Below, piece by piece: positions 56,179 to 64,000 of a DNA stretch of 64,000 bases. The notes under the pieces are model-generated. The model made no database searches. It was not told the origin of the DNA and was given only the letters and a program-made list of their open reading frames with translations. Origin of the DNA: the human T2T-CHM13v2.0 reference genome, Homo sapiens. Both the position numbers and the translations under genes were made by a program. How positions within the stretch are numbered: the stretch's first letter is position 1; the number at the start of each line of letters is the position of its first letter. The stretch is taken from assembly GCF_009914755.1 (NCBI RefSeq), contig NC_060942.1; one strand, given 5' to 3'.

Positions 56179-57127
56179 TCAAAATGATGACTCCATTTGT
56201 TCCTGCAGCAAATTCAGTTTTTTATGTTCCTTAAAAATTGTTTATGTGTTACAAATACTAGTGGAGTTTGTTTTCTGTTATTATATCTTATAATGTTTTT
56301 TGGCTTTATAGCCTTCTTAAAGTGATACTCAACACTCAAAACATAGAAAATATTTATGTTTTATTCTAGCATGCCTATTGTTTATTTTATACATGTACCT
56401 TTATATAGAATTCTGCTGCAAGTAGCAATACATTTTGAATATAGCTTTTTAAGATCAGTTGTTACATCGTCCATACTATCACTGCCGATTTAAAATGCCA
56501 CATTTATGATAAATTATGATATAAACATATCATATTATTATATGAACAAGAATTCAAAAAAAGGGAAATAATTAAAATAAATAAAATAAATTTTAAAATT
56601 AGTCATCAGATTTATTCAGGGAAAGGAAATACACTGTAAAGCAGCAGTAATGCCCAATCTAAAGTGTCAAAATGACAAGATAAAGCATTTTGTAAAATCC
56701 TATGCTCATGAGACTGCGATGGAATGGATATTGTCAGCCATTGTTGGTGGTATATATTTGTTTTCAAAAAGCGACCTAGAAGTATAGATACAAATTTTTT
56801 ACAGCAAATTAACACACAAGCAAGTCCACTTCTAGGAAATTTCCAACAGCTGTAAAACTGGAAGTTTCACAGATATAAATATCTGAAAGTTCATTTAAAT
56901 ATTAAAAATAATGTTAATATAAAGAAGTAGGATCATCTAATAAATTATTATACATCTGTATAATGGAGAATTACGTAGGCAGTAAAAGAATGTGGTAAAT
57001 TGGCATGAGGTGGTACAAAAAGTTGATTGTCATAAGTGATCAGTTAACATAAAATAAAATAAAGGTCAAATCACAGAACGGTTTGTTAAGAATGATTCTA
57101 TTGCATTAAGTAAGTTATGTATGACTA

Positions 57128-59523
57128 CAGGCATTCCTCATTGTATTGTGCAGCACTTTATTGTGCTTTGCAGACATTATGTATTTTGCAAATTGAGGCT
57201 TTGTGACAACCCTGGAACAAGCGTTGATCGGCATCATTTTTCCAACAGCATGTGCTCACTCCATGTCTCTGTATTCCATTTTGGTAATCCTTGCAACATC
57301 TCAAACATTTTTATTGTTATAATATCTGTTATGGTGAGTTGTGATCAGTGATCTTTGATGTTACTATTGTAATTGTTTTATTGTAATGGTTTTTTATGAA
57401 CCAAACCCATTTAAGATGGCAAACTTAATGAATAAATGTTGTGTGTATTCTCACTGCTCCAGTGACCAGCCTTTCCCTATCTCTTTTCTTCTCTTGAGAC
57501 TTCCCTTTTCACTGAAATAAAGTAATATTGAAATTAGGCCAAATTAATAACACTACAGTGGCCCCTAAGTATTTAAGTGAAAGTAAGAGTCACATGTCTC
57601 TTACTTTAAATCAAAAGTTAGAAATGATTAAGCTTAATGAGAAAGGCATGTTGAAAGCTGAGATAGGCTGAAAACTAGGCCTGTTACACTAAGCAGTCAA
57701 GTTGTTAATGAAAAGGAAAAGTTCTTAAAGGAAATTAAAAGTGTTACTCCAATGAGCACTTGAATTATCTGAAAGGGAAACAGCTTTACTGCTGTCATGG
57801 AGAAAGTTTGAGCAGTCTGCATAGATCAAACCAGACACAACATTCCCTTAAGCCGAAGCCTAATCCAGAGCAAGACCCCAACTCTTCAATTCCATCATGG
57901 TTGAAAGAGGAGAAGAAGCTGCAGAAGAGAAGTGTGAAGTTGTTAATAGCAGGGGCTGGTTCATGAGGTTTAAGGAAATAAGCCATCTCCAGAACACATA
58001 AAAGTGCAAGGTGAAGAAGCAGGTGCTGATGGAGAAGCTTCAGCAAGTTATCCAGAAGATCCAGCTAAGATCATTGATGATAGTGGTTACACTAACCAAC
58101 AGATTTTCGGTGTACACAGAACAACCTTCTATTGGAAGAAGATGCCATCTAGGACTTTTATAGCAAGAGAGGAAATGTCAATGCCTAGCTTCAAAGCTGC
58201 AAAGAACAGGCTGAATCTCTTGTCAGGTACCAATGCAGTTGATGACTTTAACTTGAAGCCAATGCTCATTTGCCATTCCAAAATCCCTGGGGCCCTTAAG
58301 AATTATGCTACATCTATTCTGTCTATGCTCTATAAATGCAACAACAAAGCCTGGATGACAGCATATCTGTTTACAGCAAGGTATACTGAATATTTTAAGC
58401 CTACTCTTGAGAACTTCCACTCAGAACAAAAGATTCTTTTCAAACTATTAGTGCTCATTGACAATGCACTTAGCCACCCAAGAGCTCTGATGGAGATGTA
58501 CAAAGAGATGAAGGTTGTTTTCATGCTGCTAACACAATATCTACTCTGCAACCCATGGATCAAGGAGTCATTTTGACTCTCAAGTCTTATTATTTAAGAA
58601 ATATATTTTGTAGGGCTATAGCTGCCATAGATAGAGATTACTCTGATGGATTGGGACAACATACACTGAAAATCTTCTAGAAAGAATTCACCATTCTAGA
58701 TGCCATTAAGAACACTCATGATCCATGGGAGAAAATAAAAATATCACTATTAATAGGGGCTTGAAAGAAATTTATTCCAACCTTCATATGCAACTGAGAG
58801 TTCAAGACTTCAGTGGAAGAAGGAAATGCAGATATGGCAGAAGCAGCAAGAGAATTAGAATTAGAAGTGGAGCCTGAAGATGTGATTGAATTGCTGCAAT
58901 GTCGTGATAAAACATTAAGGGATGAGCAGTTTCTTCTTACAGATGAACAAAGTGGTTTCTTGAGATTGAACTCCTGTGAAGATGCTAAGAACATTGTTAA
59001 AATGACAAAAAGGACTTAGAATACTGCATAAACTTAGTTAACAGTAGTGGCATGGTTTGAGATGATACATTGCAATTTTGAAGGAAGTTCTACTGTGAGT
59101 AAAATGCTATCAAGCAGCTTTGCATGCTATAGAGAAATCTTTTATTAAGGGAGAGTCAACAATGCAGCAAACTTCATTTTGTCTTATTTTAAGACATTTC
59201 CATGACCACTCCAATCTTCAGTAACCTTCATTCTGATGAGTCAGCAGCCATCAACATTGAGACAATTCCCTCCACCAGCAAAAAGATTATGATTCACTGA
59301 AGGGTCAGATGCTCATTAGCATTTTTTAGCAACAAAGTATTTTTAAATTAAGGCACATATGTTGTGTTTTAGATATAATGCACACTTAATAGACTACAGT
59401 ATAGTGGAAACATAACTTTTGTATACACTAGGAAGCCAAAAATTTTACGTGACTTGCTTATTGGGACATTTGCTTTATTGCAGTGGTCTGGAACCAAACC
59501 TGTAATATCTGTGAGGTATGCCT
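57128..59523 (+). mobile_element. Tigger1 DNA transposon, near full length, with decayed transposase
   Basis: TA-caggcattcctc...gaggtatgcct-TA inverted ends; pogo-type DDE remnant ([32 protein letters not shown]) at 58004-58576. Confidence 0.96.
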
Positions 59524-60205
59524 TATACCTGTTCTAGTATATAAAACTGGCTAACTCTGGGAAGGAAAGAGGTGATCAGAAAGACTGACCTTTTAACCTT
59601 TTTTATGCAGTATGTCCTCTGTGTCTTTCTATGTGTGCTACTGGTTTGTCATATACTGAAGAAATATTTCATAATAGAACGTTAAGATAGAATATTCAAT
59701 TATATAATGCCAAGCAATAAGGTAAAAATACAGATCTTCCATGATATGGTCAAATTCCTATTTCTATACTTATTAACATATAAAAGGTATAATCAAATGG
59801 CTTTTAAAACTCAAAAGAGAAGTAAGACAATCTAATACATTGATGTTATTATAACTTTAGATATTGATATTCCTAATGCTAAAATGGCACTAAAGTTAAA
59901 GATAAGACTATTTTGTGTCATAGTATAGAGTAATTGTTAGTACTTAAGTAATAATAATAGTAGTTATAATATCTAACATTTGTTAAAGTTGCCAAAGGAC
60001 TGTAATGTGCATTATTATCTCATTGAGCCTCGTAACCGTCCTGTAAATTATGGATGAATATAATACAACTTTAATGGAAATTATCCCCAATTCCCATACT
60101 CCAAAAACGAGAACATTAGACACAAATATAATGTTGCATTTAAAAACACATTGTAAATATGAACCGAAACACAGATTTAGAAAATATATTTATCTTAAAC
60201 TTTAC

Positions 60206-60427
60206 CTCATTGACAGTTTAGAAGGATAAAGTGTACCATATTAACATATCCTATGTACAAGAGCAAATTGTTTATCTATATATAAAACCCTTTCTTGGAA
60301 TTATTACTATGTACAAATTAAGTCTAATTTGCTCAATGTGTAGTGAATTTATACTAACTAGGGTTAAAAAAAAAATCCCTTCTTTGCTGCAGCGGTGGGT
60401 AAAGCTGCCACAAGCCATACTTGTCAT
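60206..60427 (-). pseudogene. Copy A exon remnant
   Basis: Acceptor ttgcag, donor GAG|gtaaag. QVWLVAALPTAA, LHIEQIRLNLYIVII and HRIC*YGTLYPSK compare with GREB1 QLPWLASLAASS, LLVEGKLAKTNYVVII and ARILSESLLTPAE. Confidence 0.7.
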
Positions 60428-60999
60428 CTGCAATGCCACACACGTAGGACTCATAAGACACAATAATAACACAAATTTATTTTTTTCTTTCATTGTCCCT
60501 GTAAACCCCTTCAGTGGAGCTTAATGTTTGTTTTTCCTTCCTGGGTGAAATCCCAATCAGAGCCTGTAACTTTTCCTGCCATTATCTGATTTAACTAAGG
60601 TCTCCAGCCACATTAGTCTCTCCAATGGATCCAAGATATCCATTCCAGTAACTTTTATGTTCAGACAAAGTAATCATCAAAACTCAAAACCTCATTACAA
60701 TTTGATGTTCTCTTCTTCATCTTCTTTGTCTTACCAAAGGCAGAAAGACTTCGGAGAAAAAGGGGTGAGAGGCTACCTGGCACCTCTCCTTATCCTTCTC
60801 CTCCTTCCTTCTCCTCCACGCTTGGAGCAGGGAGAAGAAGCAAAGGGTGGGCAGAGTCTCACTTTTGTGCTCCTTGTGAGAAGATGGTGAACCGTCCACA
60901 GGTTATATCTCCCTCTTCCCAGGAAAAAAACCTTCAGACTAGTCTTTCCTGCCCTCCCAACATACTTCCTATCACTTCAAAGGACCATTGGAAGGGCTC

Positions 61000-61682
61000 A
61001 TTTTTGTCAACTTTTATTTTAGGTTCAGGGGATACATGTGCAGGTTTGTTACATGGGTATATTGCGTGATGCTGAGGTTTGGGATACAAGTGATCTTGTC
61101 ACCCAGGTACTGAGCATAATACCCAAAAGTTAGTTTTGCAATTCTCATCCCCTCCTCCCCTCCTCCCTCTATTACTCCCCAGGATCTATTGTTCCCATCT
61201 TTATGTCCCTGTGTATCCAATGTTTAGCTCCCACTTATAAATGAGAACGTGTACTATTTGGTTTTCTGTTCATGCATTAATTCACTTAGGATAACGGCCT
61301 CTAGCTGTATCTGTGTTTCTCCAAACAACATGGCCTTGTTCGTTTTTATGGCTGCATAGTATTTCATGATGTATATGTACCATATTTTCTTTATCCAGTC
61401 CACCCTTGATGGGCACCTAGATTGATTCCGTGTCTTTGCTATTATGAATAGTGCTGCAATGAACATATAAATGTATGTGTCTTTTGGTAGAATGACTTAT
61501 TTTCCTTTGGGTACATACCCAGTAATGAGATCAGTTAGTCAAATGGTAGCTCTATTTCAGGTTTTGAGAAATCTCCAAACTGCTTTCTATAGTGACTGAA
61601 CTAATTTACTTTCCTACCAACAGTGTATAAGCGACGCTTTTCTCTAAAACCTTGCCAGCATCTGTTGTTTTTAGACTTTTTA
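61000..61682 (-). mobile_element. L1PA16/L1PB-like 3' fragment
   Basis: MFIAALFIIAKTRNQSRCPS ORF2 tail plus 3'UTR. Confidence 0.9.
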
Positions 61683-62193
61683 AACTGTCAATTTCAACAC
61701 TAAGCAGGATAAGCAGAAGGTGAGTGTGGTTGAAGGTGGAAAGTGTGTGAACAAGGAAGGCAGTTCCCTAAATGCAGAAACCAGATGAGACTAATTTGAG
61801 AAAATCATTTTCACACACCACTACACCTAAGCCAGCATCTCTGCTTGAACTCTGAAAGCTTTCTTAAAAATTTAGTATCTAATTTCATTTTAATTGTACT
61901 GCTTCTCAGGTACCCATTATATTACTTTTATCTTGGTTATCATTACATTTATATGCATATACATTTAGGTATACCTTATGCATATCACATATATGTATTA
62001 AAGATATGTGGCATCTTTAAATGAGCTTTTTAAAGGTAATTTTAGTGTTAATGTTACAATTTTTTGAGTAAAAGTAAGTTGACATTGTCACTTTACATTT
62101 AAATGTTTGTAAAATTTGTTGTTTCAAATAAAAGAAATTCAACCTTTATAAATGCTGATAAAACTAAATAGGGATGCATAAGGTAACACTTAC

Positions 62194-62711
62194 GTCCTGC
62201 ATCCCTGGAAACCACCTAACTCTATGTTATCTAATCAGTAAATTCACTATCCACTTGCTACAATCAAAATCTGTTTTTGAATTTCAGACATATCTTTTCC
62301 AGTTCCTTGAAGGGAAGAATGGAAATGAGGAGCTTATCATTCACCTTACACCTTAGGGGAAAAAAATGTACATTTCTATTACAACTTGGGCATCACAGAG
62401 CAAGAACAAACATCTGAATTTAGGGTTTCCACATTCTAGTAGACAAGATTTTCCAGCTGACATTTGTCTGGCAACCAGTAGGAAATGATTCCCTTATTAT
62501 TCTCTGTTTATCTCTGTTGGCAAATGGTGTGGCAATATAAGCATCCTAGGTAGTTTATCTGTCACAGAAGCCAAATGGTTTTAAGACCCAGGGTTCGTGA
62601 TTTGGTTATGAATGAGAGGTAAGGAATTATTTAATCACAGTTTGGAAAACTCATCATGTGCTTATCTATCTTTGCACTCATAAAGAAGATTACTTGACAA
62701 ATTCCTGCATT
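62194..62711 (-). pseudogene. Copy A exon remnant
   Basis: Acceptor ttttgtag, donor GAC|gtaagt. Peptides ECKDR*AHDEFSK, LASVTDKLPRMLILPHHL, LLECGNPKF and DMSEIQKQILIV/WIVNL compare with GREB1 GCGKKGFCYFTEFSN, PASVT..VSVPDNL, YLCGNLND and PISEEMQLLLTVYYLVQL. Confidence 0.65.
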
Positions 62712-62729
62712 CTACAAAATATGTACTGT

Positions 62730-63600
62730 GTCTACTTCATTCAAGCTCAATTTTAGGTACTCAGGATAAAAATATAAGGGGAATATTGGTGCCTGCCTTC
62801 AGGACTTTATAGAATGGAGATAGGCATGCTAACCAAATGCTATGTATTGTTGCTCTAATAAAGTTACATTCCAGATGTAGAAAGAACTTAAAGCAGGTTG
62901 CTGACAGTTACCTGGGAGAATCCAAGATGTATTTAAGGAGCAGAGGAGCCTGGAGCTAAGACTGACAGGATGAATAGGCACTTGGGTGACAGTCAGCAGC
63001 AGGCATGACAGATGAAGGGAATATTAGGTGTGAAAACATGAAGAAGTCTGACAGGTTCTGGCAACACTAAGTAATTCAGAAAGAGAAAATGGGATGTAGA
63101 ATCAGGTAAGGTATAACATTTATGTAAGTTTCTTACTAAGAAGAATCTAGTGTATTATGCAAAAAAACTTAAGGTTTTTATTCTGTGATTAAAATAATTA
63201 AATTTTCATCTTGTAACTGACCACATATATGTGTTGAATTACACTGAAAAGGACATTGAGGATGGATTAGAGAAAAGTAAGCATAAAGGAAGAAAGATAA
63301 CTAAAAAGAGTCATAGCAGAATCCAAGAGAAGAATGAGGAAAGAGGATTAGGGCAGGTCAGTGAGGATGGAAAGGAGGGGACCAAGAAGGAGATGCTTGA
63401 GGCAGTGAGAACATGTTGAGTTAATGATGATAGATGGTCACCAAGAGGAGAAATCTAAAATGATGCTCTTGTGTTTCTAGACTGGACTGATGAGAGAATG
63501 ATGTTAACAAGATAAGGATATAAATGGGGAGTTTGTTTTGTTTGGTTTCATTTGGGGTAAGAGTTTGAGAAAAAGAAAGTTCTCTTCAGGTTACATTGAA
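62730..63600. mobile_element. L2 fragments
   Basis: Motifs cctgccttcagga, gaaggatgaatag-like and gatgctct..gtttctag. Confidence 0.55.
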
Positions 63601-63609
63601 TTCAAAGTT

Positions 63610-63927
63610 CGTGGATTTCCATGTTGTGGAATAACAATATGTTAAAATCTATATTTTTCTGTTTTGCACGGTTAGAGGATTTTCATGAAATCACTATAAA
63701 TGATCCAATACAATTGATATCTCATTTTTAACATTTAAGTCACTGATATCAGAATAATTAAGCCAAAAAGCTCTGTTGGGATTGCACAGTTTAAAGAAAA
63801 TATAAAGTAGTAGTTCTCTAGGCCTTGAACAAAACTATTTGTTAAGGCCAGGTCATCTTTTTTAGTATCATTCGCAAAGGAATTCCCTCACAAATGTTTT
63901 TGAATATGGCTTGTGTGATGCACCCAT
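63610..63927 (-). pseudogene. Copy A first coding exon remnant
   Basis: ATG at 63927 gives MGASHKPYSKTFVREFLCE...SRPRELLLYIF, versus GREB1 MGNSYAGQLKTTRFEEVLH...VPRPIFSQLYL (M1, G2, S4, K10, T11, E15 identical). The 3' boundary is uncertain. Confidence 0.55.
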
Positions 63928-64000
63928 TCACACTTTCCAGTGGAGTGGAGAGCAGGAAGAGTGAGAAGATTCAGTGATAATAAGGGTGTTACCACCATCA

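Noticed and set aside
58004-58576. 190-aa ORF as a domesticated TIGD-like gene
   Set aside because: It is a fragment of the Tigger1 transposase. Upstream and downstream parts carry stops and frameshifts, and the ORF starts at GTG.

Overview
Primate (most likely human/hominoid) AT-rich genomic DNA. A large fraction is interspersed repeats: a near full-length old L1, Tigger1, THE1A and MER41A proviruses, LTR12C, MER4/MER50/MER57/MER67 LTRs, Alus, MIR and L2. There is no intact protein-coding gene. The main result is in the unique DNA between the repeats. A minus-strand series of AG/GT-bounded segments translates, through many stops and frameshifts, into peptides that align in the correct order with GREB1-family proteins. 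Copy A runs from a Met-Gly start at 63927 down to about 17880 and covers essentially the whole GREB1 architecture in compact form. A second, separately diverged copy B starts head-to-tail at about 15708 and can be followed to about 1977. This looks like a tandem pair (or one double-unit gene) of dead, intron-containing, very divergent GREB1/GREB1L paralogues. The alignments were done by eye against the human GREB1 sequence recalled from memory and need a profile search to confirm. Repeat subfamily names are also from recall, and exon boundaries are approximate.
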